Part shown: piece after piece, positions 11,985 through 21,005 of the stretch
Numbering within the stretch: the stretch's first letter is position 1
Layout: every line of letters starts with the position of its first letter
From: Nitrospinales bacterium
GTDB taxonomy: Bacteria > Nitrospinota > Nitrospinia > Nitrospinales > JAJDAT01
Reading direction: 5' to 3'
Assembly: GCA_046757665.1 (NCBI GenBank)
Contig: JBHHYO010000007.1
Coordinates: forward strand, 1,173 to 65,172
DNA length: 64,000 nucleotides
Position numbers and translations under genes: made by a program
Notes under the pieces: generated by a model
What the model was told of the DNA's origin: nothing
Database searches by the model: none
Seen by the model: only the letters and a program-made list of their open reading frames with translations

Positions 11985-12902
11985 ATGGGGTTTTATTTTT
12001 TCAAGCGGGTGCTACAAGGCATCCCGGTACTGCTGACCGTCGCCACGCTGACCTTCTTCATCATGCGGGTGGTGCCCGGCGGGCCTTTCGACCGGGATAA
12101 AAAACTGCCGCCGGAAATCCTCGCCAACATCGAAGCCAAATACCACCTGGACCAACCGCTTTGGCGTCAGTACCTGCTTTATCTGAAACAGCTTTCCGTG
12201 GGCGATTTCGGCCCGTCCTACAAATATATCGGCAGGGATGTCGCGGACATCATCGGCGAGACCTTTCCCGTATCGCTGGCGCTGGGATTGTGCGCGGTTG
12301 CGGTGACTCTCGGTTTCGGCATCCCGGCCGGAATTTTCTCCGCGTACAAACAAAACACGGTGATCGACCGCGCCTTCATTTTTCTGGCGACGCTGGGGAT
12401 ATCGGTTCCCAGCTTTGTGCTGGGGAGTTTGCTGATTCTGCTGTTTTCCCATCACTGGCACCTGTTGCCGCCGGCGCTGTGGGAGAGTCCGCGCCATGCG
12501 CTGATGCCGGCCTTCGCGCTGGGCGCGGCTTATGCGGGGTATGTCGCCCGCCTGACGCGCTCCACGGTGCTGGAGGTGCTGGGTTCCGATTACATTCGCA
12601 CCGCCCGGGCCAAGGGGTTGAGCGAAGCCGCCGTGCTGTTCAAACATGCCTTGAAAAACGCCGTCGGCCCCGTTGTCTCCGTCATGGGGCCCATCGCCGC
12701 CGGATTGATTACCGGTTCTTTCGTGATCGAGTTTATTTTTTCGATTCCGGGAATGGGGAGCTTTTTCATCACCGCCGTGACCAATCGGGATTATCCGCTG
12801 ATCATGGGAGTGACGCTGGTGTATTCCGTGTTGATCGTTCTGGCTAATATCATCGTGGACATGGTTTACGTCTGGTTGGACCCCCGGGTTCGCATCAAAT
12901 AG
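11985..12902 (+). CDS. ABC transporter permease, OppB/DppB type
   Basis: MGFYFFKRVLQGIPVLLTVATLTFFIMRVVPGGPF... and the EAA loop YIRTARAKGLSEAAVLFKHALKNA. Confidence 0.9.
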   Translation: MGFYFFKRVLQGIPVLLTVATLTFFIMRVVPGGPFDRDKKLPPEILANIEAKYHLDQPLWRQYLLYLKQLSVGDFGPSYKYIGRDVADIIGETFPVSLALGLCAVAVTLGFGIPAGIFSAYKQNTVIDRAFIFLATLGISVPSFVLGSLLILLFSHHWHLLPPALWESPRHALMPAFALGAAYAGYVARLTRSTVLEVLGSDYIRTARAKGLSEAAVLFKHALKNAVGPVVSVMGPIAAGLITGSFVIEFIFSIPGMGSFFITAVTNRDYPLIMGVTLVYSVLIVLANIIVDMVYVWLDPRVRIK

Positions 12903-12910
12903 AGGGGCGG

Positions 12911-13735
12911 ATGATTAAAAAACTTTCCCTGTCGGCGAAGCTGAGCGCCATGACGCTTTTGGCGATTATCCTGGCGGCGGTTTTTGCTCCCTGGGTCGCG
13001 CCGCATTCCTATGAGAGCCAGGACACGCTGAACACGCTTTCGCTTCCCGGTGCCCGGCACTGGATGGGCACCGACCGGCTGGGGCGCGATTTGTTGTCGC
13101 GTCTTATCTACGGCGCCCGGGTGTCCCTGTTCGTGGGGTTTGCGACCACCCTGGTCGCCCTGTTCCTCGGCACCCTGTACGGCGCTTTTTCCGGTTACGT
13201 GGGCGGTAAAACGGATAACGTGATGATGCGGATCGTGGATGTCGTGTTCTCCCTGCCCGACTTGTTGTTGATCATCTTGATTACGGTGGTGATGGGGCGC
13301 GGCATGACCGGGATTTTTATTGCGCTGACCCTGGTCAGCTGGGTGACCGTGGCGCGGCTGGTGCGTGGCGAGGTGTTGCGCATCAAGGAATTCGCTTTCG
13401 TGGAGGCGTCACGCGCCCTGGGCGCCGGGCATGGCCGCATCCTGCTTCGGGAAATTCTGCCGAACGTTTGGGGGTTGCTGATCGTTACCTTGAGTTTCCG
13501 CGTTCCCGTGGCCATCCTGGCGGAATCGACCTTGAGCTTCATCGGCCTGGGGCTGGCCCCGCCTTTCAGCAGTTGGGGGACTCTGGCCAACGCCGGTTGG
13601 ACGGCGATCAAGTATTATCCCCACTTGATCGTGTTTCCCTCGCTGGCGATTTTTGTGACCATTTTGTCTTTTAATTTTCTTGGGGAGGGGCTGAGGGATG
13701 TTTTGGACCCTCAGTTGCGGCGGGAACGGGCTTAA
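12911..13735 (+). CDS. ABC transporter permease, OppC/DppC type
   Basis: HWMGTDRLGRDLLSRLIYGARVSL... and FVEASRALGAGHGRILLREILPN. Confidence 0.9.
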   Translation: MIKKLSLSAKLSAMTLLAIILAAVFAPWVAPHSYESQDTLNTLSLPGARHWMGTDRLGRDLLSRLIYGARVSLFVGFATTLVALFLGTLYGAFSGYVGGKTDNVMMRIVDVVFSLPDLLLIILITVVMGRGMTGIFIALTLVSWVTVARLVRGEVLRIKEFAFVEASRALGAGHGRILLREILPNVWGLLIVTLSFRVPVAILAESTLSFIGLGLAPPFSSWGTLANAGWTAIKYYPHLIVFPSLAIFVTILSFNFLGEGLRDVLDPQLRRERA

Positions 13736-13910
13736 CGGCGTTTATTAACTTTTTTTTAAAAGCCCGCGTCTCTCCGTGGTCATCTTATTTTCATAACCAC
13801 TTGGCCGATAAATCTAAAAAGAGGTGGGATGAGTGGGTTTCCCGGCGCGATGTTTTTATATCCTTTTGATTTTATTAGGATTATAATAGGGTGTGGGGAA
13901 AATAAAAAAA

Positions 13911-13939
13911 TTGACATCTGGAAATAATCGTTATAAAGT
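13911..13939 (+). promoter_or_regulatory. Sigma-70-like promoter candidate
   Basis: TTGACA at 13911-13916. TATAAA or TAAAGT follows 15-17 nt downstream. About 50 nt upstream of the ATG at 13990, in an AT-rich spacer. Confidence 0.4.
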
Positions 13940-13989
13940 AGCCCAATTTTATGTGCGGTTTTTTCGTGATCTTCTGAAGGAACGGCTTT

Positions 13990-14292
13990 ATGAGTCCGAT
14001 CAAAGAAGACCTGATAAGCGCCATCATTAGCGCTTCCCAAGCCAATCTTCTCGGCATTAACAAAGGGGCGGGCAAATCCTATTCCGACGAGCATGAGCAG
14101 GATGTGCTGGATTGGATCAAGGCCAACGCGGCGACTTACCGCAGGCATTTCGGCGCCCGTCTGCAATTGTTGCCCGAGAATGAACTGGGAATCATTTTAA
14201 AGCAAGTGACGTATTCGACGAAAGACGTCGGGGAAATTTTGCATGACGGCATGTTTTTCCCATCCGTAAAAAGGCAAAGAAGCCATCACTAA
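13990..14292 (+). CDS. Hypothetical protein (100 aa)
   Basis: ORF with AAGGA 8 nt upstream. Helical-looking sequence with no recognised motif. Preferred over the overlapping antisense ORF 13780..14166. Confidence 0.4.
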   Translation: MSPIKEDLISAIISASQANLLGINKGAGKSYSDEHEQDVLDWIKANAATYRRHFGARLQLLPENELGIILKQVTYSTKDVGEILHDGMFFPSVKRQRSHH

Positions 14293-14316
14293 AAAAGGAC
14301 GGCGTTTTCGTTGATC

Positions 14317-14847
14317 ATGGAAAAAACTTCGCCCCCCCCAAAAAGTTCTGACGATCAAGCCGCCACCCCTCCGCCAAAACCCGCGGCGGCCAAACCAGCC
14401 GCTGTCCCCAAAGTTGCAAAAAAACCAGCCAAACCCAAGGAACCGTTGATTGACAACGGCGACGGCACCGTTTCCGATCCCAACTCCGGCCTGATGTGGA
14501 AAAAATCCGATGCCTGGCTGGATACCAAGAAGTTTTATACCTGGCCCTCGCATCAGGAGTATGTGGACAAAATCAACAAGGAAAAATTCGCCGGATACGA
14601 CGATTGGAGGATTCCTTCCAAGGCCGAGGCGTTGACCCTGTTTGACAAGACCAAAAAATGCCTGGACAAAAACGGCAGTGAGTTTTTTGTCGATCCCGTT
14701 TTTGAAGCCGGCGGCGCGGGCAACACCTGGATCGTCGAGAGTTCCGATGAAAGTATTACCCGTTACGACTGGAAGACGGGCGTCGATACTTCTTACGGCA
14801 CGGCGGAAATCTGGGCTTCCATGCGGCTGGTGCGAAAACCCCAGTAA
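14317..14847 (+). CDS. DUF1566 (Lcl C-terminal domain) protein with Pro/Ala/Lys-rich N-terminus
   Basis: DNGDGTVSDPNSGLMWKKSD...YDDWRIPSKAEALTLFD is typical of DUF1566. ATG at 14317. Confidence 0.7.
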   Translation: MEKTSPPPKSSDDQAATPPPKPAAAKPAAVPKVAKKPAKPKEPLIDNGDGTVSDPNSGLMWKKSDAWLDTKKFYTWPSHQEYVDKINKEKFAGYDDWRIPSKAEALTLFDKTKKCLDKNGSEFFVDPVFEAGGAGNTWIVESSDESITRYDWKTGVDTSYGTAEIWASMRLVRKPQ

Positions 14848-14900
14848 GCGTTCCTGCCTTTTTCCCATCCATTGACAGAACACCCCGGCGGCCGATAGCG

Positions 14901-15815
14901 TTACTCATCGGTGACGCGGAATCTCACGATCAAATCGCCGCGTTTTTTCCCCCAGCGAATGGCCGCGCCCTGGCCGGCAATCCGCACTTCTTCTCCGGTC
15001 AGTGTTCCATCCTCTACATGGATGGTTTGCGTGGAATTGAGTGTTTGCACCGTCAGCGGCCCTCCGGTTTCGGCCAGGCGCGGAGAAATTTCGACCTCGG
15101 TGAGGATGTCGTTCTTGATCCGCTTGAATCGTGGATGAGGGAGAATGCAGACCTGGAGCAGTAAGTCGCCGGGTGGGCCGCCGTTTCGTCCCTCGCCGCC
15201 CTGCTTGCGGATACGCAGAGTGAACCGGTCGGCAACGCCGGGCGGGATATCCACTTCAGTATTGACCGGCAGGATGACCTGGCGTTTGCCCTTGCAGGCG
15301 AGGCAGTCTCCCTGGAGCCCGCCGGTTCCCTGGCAGGAAGCGCAGTTGACGTATTTGTCGTAGGTATATGTCATCTTGCCACCGAGCATGGCCGTGGAGA
15401 AGGGGACGTCTATCATCAGATTCAGATCGAAACCCTGGGTGGGCATTCCCGGGTCGACGGGGGGCTCCTCGTGAAACTCGGTGCGCGGTTCTTCATCGCG
15501 CCGGTCCCGGCGGCCTCCATGGGCTCCGTATCCGTAGGAGTCGCGGTATCCCCGGTAGTTTTTTCTACGCGGTGCGCCGCGCCGCGGCCGACTTCCTGCC
15601 CCGGCCCGGCTCCGGTCATAGGCCAGGCGTTTGCGCTTGTCCGCCAGCACCGTGTAGGCGGCGCTGATGGTCTTGAAAATCTCCTCCGATTCCTTGTTGC
15701 CCTGGTTGGTGTCCGGATGATGTTTTTTCGCCAGCTCCCGGTACTGTTTCTTGATCTGTTTCAGCGTCGCGTTGGATTCGAGGCCGAGCGTTTTGTAATG
15801 GTCCTGGGTCGTCAT
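14901..15815 (-). CDS. DnaJ-family co-chaperone (J domain, R/G-rich linker, single zinc centre, C-terminal substrate domain)
   Basis: DHYKTLGLESNATLKQIKKQYRELAKKHHPDTN (HPD). CASCQGTGG...CLACKGKR. Confidence 0.8.
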   Translation of the reverse strand: MTTQDHYKTLGLESNATLKQIKKQYRELAKKHHPDTNQGNKESEEIFKTISAAYTVLADKRKRLAYDRSRAGAGSRPRRGAPRRKNYRGYRDSYGYGAHGGRRDRRDEEPRTEFHEEPPVDPGMPTQGFDLNLMIDVPFSTAMLGGKMTYTYDKYVNCASCQGTGGLQGDCLACKGKRQVILPVNTEVDIPPGVADRFTLRIRKQGGEGRNGGPPGDLLLQVCILPHPRFKRIKNDILTEVEISPRLAETGGPLTVQTLNSTQTIHVEDGTLTGEEVRIAGQGAAIRWGKKRGDLIVRFRVTDE

Positions 15816-15884
15816 GGATACCGCCGTTCCGTCATGCGGGGAAAGGGTGCGGATGTGAGTCGTGGCGACAAGCGCCTGAAAGGC

Positions 15885-15913
15885 ATTTTATCGCCGTTTG
15901 GTGAAGAGTTCAA
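15885..15913 (-). promoter_or_regulatory. Sigma-70-like promoter for the dnaJ-like gene
   Basis: On the minus strand: TTGAAC (15913-15908), 17-nt spacer, TAAAAT (15890-15885). About 70 nt upstream of the start at 15815. Confidence 0.5.
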
Positions 15914-15975
15914 ATCTTCCCCGTCTTTCCGGGGCAAAGGGCGAGAACGGGAAGCGCCCGACCGAGGCCCTGGAA

Positions 15976-16692
15976 TTATGCCGGCTGACGCAACTGGAGG
16001 CGTGAAAACTCCTGGAAAATACGGTCCCGCGTGTCACGACTTTTGAAAGGATAAAACTGGTCTTTCAAAATAACCATGAGAGTTTCGGTGTGCAGGGCAG
16101 GAATGGGGTCTTTCAAGAAAATGCGGATTTTTTCGGAACTTTTTTTTTCCACGTGGGAGGCGCAAGCGCCATTGAATCGATGGTTCAGAAACACCCCGTC
16201 GAAAACAATCGTTTTGTCCTGCCAGCGCAGATACCCCGAATCCATAAAAACCGGCACCAGGCCCAGTCCCCAACCGATTCCCTTGCGAAATCCCAGACAC
16301 GTTACAAAGACCGACCGCGGATCGCTGGTCCGGACATTGGCATTCTGTTTGAGGATCAGATGCCGGTACAGGGCATGGGTGAAATTGAACCAGCGCAGGG
16401 AAACGGCGAAGCTGAAAATCAGGTTGAACAGGAAAAGATAGGTGTTCTCAAAAATCCAGTAGTTGACGAGATAGGCGAGCGCGAATGCGAGAAACAGGCT
16501 GATGAGGAAATTCGCGGCACTGGCCGCGGCGGAGAGAAAAATGGTTTTCCGGCCGCCCGCGGGCTGGAATTTCAGCAAAAGATATTTCCGGTAAATCAGG
16601 AAAACACCCATTACCGCCAGCGTGCCCCACAGAACGAATCGCGGAAAGATCAGCAGGATCAAAAGATAGACGACAAAGAGAAATTCCAGCAT
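15976..16692 (-). CDS. Membrane protein (about 4 TM segments plus a soluble C-terminal domain), unknown function
   Basis: 238-aa ORF with hydrophobic helices in the first ~110 aa. No motif recognised. Confidence 0.55.
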   Translation of the reverse strand: MLEFLFVVYLLILLIFPRFVLWGTLAVMGVFLIYRKYLLLKFQPAGGRKTIFLSAAASAANFLISLFLAFALAYLVNYWIFENTYLFLFNLIFSFAVSLRWFNFTHALYRHLILKQNANVRTSDPRSVFVTCLGFRKGIGWGLGLVPVFMDSGYLRWQDKTIVFDGVFLNHRFNGACASHVEKKSSEKIRIFLKDPIPALHTETLMVILKDQFYPFKSRDTRDRIFQEFSRLQLRQPA

Positions 16693-16790
16693 GGGGGGTT
16701 TTCTTTATTGGCTTTGAAAAAAAGAGTATAATCGAAGACGGTCAGGTCCGGCCTGAAACCATTCAATAAAGGGAAAGAAGGAATCCTTGC

Positions 16791-17324
16791 ATGGCTCTCC
16801 CGGAGTATTTGAAAAATTATAACCTGTATCGTTTGCTGGAGGTAGAGACTTTTTCCGACACCCGGCAAATAAAGAAAGGATACCGGGACCTCGCCTTGAA
16901 GTATCATCCGGACCGGTTTCCCACCGACAAGAATTCGGCGCTCAAATTCGAGTTGGCGACCACGGCCTATAAATTTCTGCTGAATACGGAAAACCGGTTT
17001 TCCCATGACCGGATGTTGCGCGGCAAGATGCGAGGCAGGTCAAGATTCAGGAACAAGGAGTTTGTTCTGCAAAGGCGCAAAACCCATAAAGGATTTTACA
17101 CCCGGCAGGGCACGTTTGACGGCGATTACCACAGGTTTATTGATGAATGCCGCGCCAATTTTATCCGGTTCATGCAAAACCCGTCCGGAATTGAGGCGCC
17201 GAGAAAAATTTATTCCGAGAAAGACATGGGCGGGCGGGATTTTGAAAATTTCGTGGATGGTTGCCGCAGTGATTTCCAAAGCTTTCTCAAAACCGTTCCA
17301 AGGGTGCGAAAAGAACGCTTATGA
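16791..17324 (+). CDS. J-domain protein (177 aa)
   Basis: YNLYRLLEVETFSDTRQIKKGYRDLALKYHPDRFP (HPD motif). The remainder is unique. Confidence 0.75.
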   Translation: MALPEYLKNYNLYRLLEVETFSDTRQIKKGYRDLALKYHPDRFPTDKNSALKFELATTAYKFLLNTENRFSHDRMLRGKMRGRSRFRNKEFVLQRRKTHKGFYTRQGTFDGDYHRFIDECRANFIRFMQNPSGIEAPRKIYSEKDMGGRDFENFVDGCRSDFQSFLKTVPRVRKERL

Positions 17325-17342
17325 TTTTTCCCGGTGGCGCCG

Positions 17343-17942
17343 ATGGAAAGTTTGCGAAAAAAAAATTGTTTTCCGCCGGAAATATTCCGGCTCAGCCTGG
17401 CGGCGTTGAGTCTTCTGGTTTTGGGGATGGTGGGTTGTTCACACCCGATTTCCGAAGAGTTGCGGCGCAGTATTGATTCCTCCATCACCTTTCCCCAGAT
17501 CGTTCAATCGACCGAAACTTACCGGAACAAACCTGTCATGTTCGGCGGAGAGATTGCCGAAGTCCGTAACCTTCCGGACCGCACCGAGATCGAAGTCATT
17601 CAGAAGGAGCTGGACAGTTACGGATGCCCCGACCATGGCGATGTCACCGGCGGACGGTTTATTTTCGTGAAAAACGGTTTTTTGGATCCGGACATCTTTG
17701 CCAAGGGACGCTACATCACCGGCGCGGGCAAGGTGAAAGGAAACGAAACCGGCAAGGTGGGCGGGCAGGAATACCGGTTTCCGGTCATCGAGGCGCAGGA
17801 ACTGCATCTGTGGGAACCGCGCGCCCATAGTCCTTATTACAGCAATTATTATAACGGCTTCTATGGCGGGCCGTTCGGGTATCGCGGCCTTTCCAGCTTT
17901 GGACGCGGCTTTTCGGGCTTCGGGTATCCCTATTATCACTGA
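17343..17942 (+). CDS. Slp-family outer-membrane lipoprotein, paralog 1
   Basis: Lipobox LGMVGC. YRNKPVMFGGEIAEVRNLPDRTEIEVIQKEL...GRFIFVKNGFLDPDIFAKGRYITGAG. An alternative GTG start is at 17334. Confidence 0.75.
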   Translation: MESLRKKNCFPPEIFRLSLAALSLLVLGMVGCSHPISEELRRSIDSSITFPQIVQSTETYRNKPVMFGGEIAEVRNLPDRTEIEVIQKELDSYGCPDHGDVTGGRFIFVKNGFLDPDIFAKGRYITGAGKVKGNETGKVGGQEYRFPVIEAQELHLWEPRAHSPYYSNYYNGFYGGPFGYRGLSSFGRGFSGFGYPYYH

Positions 17943-17961
17943 CGGCGCGGCAAGGACAAGC

Positions 17962-18450
17962 ATGACGCGGCATTTGCTTTTGATTGCGTTTCTGGGGTTG
18001 CTGGCGGGATGCACTTCCGTGCTGTCCCGGAGTGTCGTGGAGCAGAGCGACCGCTCCATCTCCTTTCAAAATTTGCGTCAGGATTCGGAAAAATTTTCCG
18101 GCAAGACGGTCCTCGTCGGCGGCAGTATCATTGCTTTCAGGAATCTTGAAACCGGAAGCCAGCTGGAGATCATGGAATGGCCGCTGGATTACCGGATGAA
18201 GCCCAAACCCTATGAAAGGACCGGCGGACGCTTCCTGGTCGTATCCGATAGCAAGCTGGACGAGCATGATTTTCATAGAGGCCGGGACATCACGCTGGCG
18301 GCGGAAGTGGTGGGGACAAAAGTCCAGCCACTGGGTCAGACCGAATATTCCTATCCTCTTCTGCGGTTAAAAGAATATCATTTGTGGCCGGAATATTCCC
18401 TCGCCTTTGAGGGGGATTCTTATGGGCTGGGAATGGGGTTCGGATTTTGA
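17962..18450 (+). CDS. Slp-family outer-membrane lipoprotein, paralog 2
   Basis: Lipobox LLAGC. FSGKTVLVGGSIIAFRNLETGSQLEIMEWPLD...GRFLVVSDSKLDEHDF. Confidence 0.75.
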   Translation: MTRHLLLIAFLGLLAGCTSVLSRSVVEQSDRSISFQNLRQDSEKFSGKTVLVGGSIIAFRNLETGSQLEIMEWPLDYRMKPKPYERTGGRFLVVSDSKLDEHDFHRGRDITLAAEVVGTKVQPLGQTEYSYPLLRLKEYHLWPEYSLAFEGDSYGLGMGFGF

Positions 18451-18466
18451 GTCTTTCGCGTCCTTG

Positions 18467-19258
18467 TTACGGGGACAGGGTGGCCTCGCCGCCGTCGAAG
18501 GCCATTTCACTGCCGGTGGCCAGCCGCACGACCAGCCGGCCTTGGCCGTCAAGGCGTTCCGCCGTGCCCTCGAAGAGGGAATCCCCCCGGCGAAGGGTTA
18601 TTTTTTTTCCAAACATTTCGGTGTGATCGGACCATTTTTTCACCAGGTCGGCAGTTCCCTTGAGTAGCCAGTTGTGGTATTCCCGGTCGAGATGAACGAT
18701 CAACGAGCGAATCAGTTCAACCCGGTCGATCGGGGCGCCGGTTTCCATTTGCAGGGAGGTCGCTTGCCCCGCCAGCGAGGGCGGAAAATCCGCGGCGCGG
18801 TGGTTCACGTTTATGCCGATGCCGATGACCAGCCAACCCGATTCCCCGCCACACCATTCGCACAGGATGCCGGCCAATTTTCCATTGTGGGTCAGAATGT
18901 CGTTCGGCCATTTCAGGAAAGGTTCAAAAGAAGGCCGGGCGACGAATGCCTTGAGAGCCGAAACACCGGCGACACCGGCCATCAGGGTCAGCGGCGCCGG
19001 GTGGGGCGTCGGCGGTTTCAACAGCGCCGAAAGATAAATCCCCAGTCCGCCGGGGGAATGCCAGGAACGCCCCGAACGGCCCTTGCCTTGAGTTTGCGCA
19101 TCAGCTATCAGGATCAGCCCCTCGCCACGACCGACATGGCGTTTGGCGAGATCGTTGGTTGATTCGACCTCATCAAATACCAGGACTTCCGCGCCGAAAA
19201 GACGGGTGCCGAGGTTTTCCTTTATCCGGGAAACGCTGAGGGTCGGTTGGAGAGACAT
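18467..19258 (-). CDS. birA: Biotin-[acetyl-CoA-carboxylase] ligase (no N-terminal HTH)
   Basis: ADAQTQGKGRSGRSWHSPGGLGIYLSALL and LKWPNDIL motifs. 263 aa. Confidence 0.85.
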   Translation of the reverse strand: MSLQPTLSVSRIKENLGTRLFGAEVLVFDEVESTNDLAKRHVGRGEGLILIADAQTQGKGRSGRSWHSPGGLGIYLSALLKPPTPHPAPLTLMAGVAGVSALKAFVARPSFEPFLKWPNDILTHNGKLAGILCEWCGGESGWLVIGIGINVNHRAADFPPSLAGQATSLQMETGAPIDRVELIRSLIVHLDREYHNWLLKGTADLVKKWSDHTEMFGKKITLRRGDSLFEGTAERLDGQGRLVVRLATGSEMAFDGGEATLSP

Positions 19259-19431
19259 GAAAAAAATTTGAATTTTGGGTATAATGTCCGGAAGCGTCTT
19301 TTGTGAATGATTGTAAAAGAAATCGGTTCTTAATAAAAATAAGTTTTCCCGTCAACGCATTTCTTTTTTACGCTGTTCCTTCCACACCAGTGATTTCCTG
19401 AACGGGTTTACGCGGCAAGGCGATCGATTTT

Positions 19432-19920
19432 ATGGAGACCATGAAAAGGATCGGAAAGTATTTTTATTATCGGTTTATTCGCATCCGGTCCAGTCCGCAG
19501 GAGATGGCCCGGGGAATGTTCATCGGTCTTTTTATAGCTTTTACGCCGACTTTTGGCGTGCAGTCGATTACCTCCATATTTTTCGCGGCGCTTTTCCGGG
19601 GCAACAAAATACTGGCGGGGCTGGCGCCGTTCGTGACCAATCCCTTGACGATGCCTTTTCTTTACGGCGGAACCTACCTGGCGGGAGCGGCTGTTTTGCA
19701 AAGTCCCGTCGATCCCGGTTTTCTCTCAAAACCCTCGCTGAAAGGATTATGGGAAGTCGGGGGCGATGTGTTTATGGCTCTTTGGGTGGGGGGCGTTCTG
19801 GTCGGATTTGTGGTGGGGTTGATGGGATATTTTTTGGCGCTGACCTTGGGTCCGAAAATTCAAAAGAGGTTTGCCCGCAATGGGAAACGGATTAAAAGCA
19901 GGAGCGGTTCTGTTGCGTGA
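19432..19920 (+). CDS. DUF2062 membrane protein
   Basis: SSPQEMARGMFIGLFIAFTPTFGVQS...TNPLTMPFLY is typical of DUF2062. Confidence 0.7.
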   Translation: METMKRIGKYFYYRFIRIRSSPQEMARGMFIGLFIAFTPTFGVQSITSIFFAALFRGNKILAGLAPFVTNPLTMPFLYGGTYLAGAAVLQSPVDPGFLSKPSLKGLWEVGGDVFMALWVGGVLVGFVVGLMGYFLALTLGPKIQKRFARNGKRIKSRSGSVA

Positions 19921-20066
19921 ACTTTCCGCGCCGGAAAGGAAAAACCGCCGGACGGATTAAAAAATTGATTGAATTGTCCGCAAAATATTGATAAAAAGCA
20001 ATGCCTGAACTTGGTAATGTGTTGGACTGTTGTTTATCGTGGAATGTCGTAAAAGGAGATAGGTGA

Positions 20067-20192
20067 ATGAAGAAGTTACTGGCTGTTTTGATCATGGGTT
20101 TGATTTTAATAAGTATCAGCGGTTGCCCGGAATCGAAATGTCCCCAGGGTCAATGCGCTCCGCCCAAGGACGCCGAAAAACCCGCTTCTTGA
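20067..20192 (+). CDS. Small lipoprotein (41 aa), absent from the supplied ORF track
   Basis: AAGGAG at 20053-20058. The ATG at 20067 translates to MKKLLAVLIMGLILISISGCPESKCPQGQCAPPKDAEKPAS (lipobox ISGC). TGA at 20190-20192. Confidence 0.5.
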   Translation: MKKLLAVLIMGLILISISGCPESKCPQGQCAPPKDAEKPAS

Positions 20193-20365
20193 ATTGGTTG
20201 CAATTGCTCTTTCCCCCGTTTTGGGGGGAGGGGCGGGCCGGTTCACGGCGGGTTTGCTAATCTTGATGCCATCGTTTTTACTCCCCACCCCTTTGCGGGC
20301 CAAAAATTTATCCCCCCCCCCCCATGGCGCTCCCGCCTCTTTCTGGAGTGTGGTCCGAAGGGGCC

Positions 20366-20839
20366 CTAAAAAAGGCATTTTTTCATACATTGGTAAAACT
20401 CGGGGGTTTCCTCGGCATAGAACCGGTCGGGAAACCTTGCGGCGTCCGGCGGCACGTCGATCAATTTAAAACACTCGGCCTGACACTGGGTCATGGTTCT
20501 GCTTTTCCAGTGCGTTGCCGTTAGCGACAGCGTTTGCATGGTCACCTGATCCGCCTGATGCTGTTGCAACGTCACTTCAAGGTTTTTCCCGTGGTGTCGG
20601 CAACGCAACAGGCCGCTGGTGTTTTTTCGGATAATCACTTTTCCGTCCACCGCCACCCGGATAGGATAAACAGGATGGCCGTCCGCCGGTGTCAGGGTGC
20701 AGGAAGGGTATTTCAGCACGGTTCCTTTTTCGTTCGTGAGAACCGTTTCGATTCGCTCGCCCGGGTTTTCCGCGGCGGCCGGGAAAATCCCGAATGCCAA
20801 AGCGGCCGCGGCAACAGATTGTAAAACAAATCTCCGCAT
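20366..20839 (-). CDS. Secreted hypothetical protein with 6 Cys
   Basis: Signal peptide MRRFVLQSVAAAALAFGIFPAAA. No family recognised. Confidence 0.5.
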   Translation of the reverse strand: MRRFVLQSVAAAALAFGIFPAAAENPGERIETVLTNEKGTVLKYPSCTLTPADGHPVYPIRVAVDGKVIIRKNTSGLLRCRHHGKNLEVTLQQHQADQVTMQTLSLTATHWKSRTMTQCQAECFKLIDVPPDAARFPDRFYAEETPEFYQCMKKCLF

Positions 20840-21005
20840 TTTGCCTCCCCGGTTATTCGTGTTTCGCCCTCGCCTTAATTATAAATCAAATCGTTTGCAT
20901 TGGAAGTCTCAAAACAGGTTGCGATTGACTGCCGGGTGAAATCCCAATAAAATAAAGCCATCCCATCGTGTTTAATATGAATTTGATTTTTTTGACTGGA
21001 ACGCC

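Noticed and set aside
13780-14166. 128-aa minus-strand ORF overlapping the 13990..14292 hypothetical gene
   Set aside because: It starts in an AT-rich spacer without SD and overlaps a plus-strand ORF that has an SD and more protein-like composition. Only one can be real, and I preferred the plus-strand ORF.
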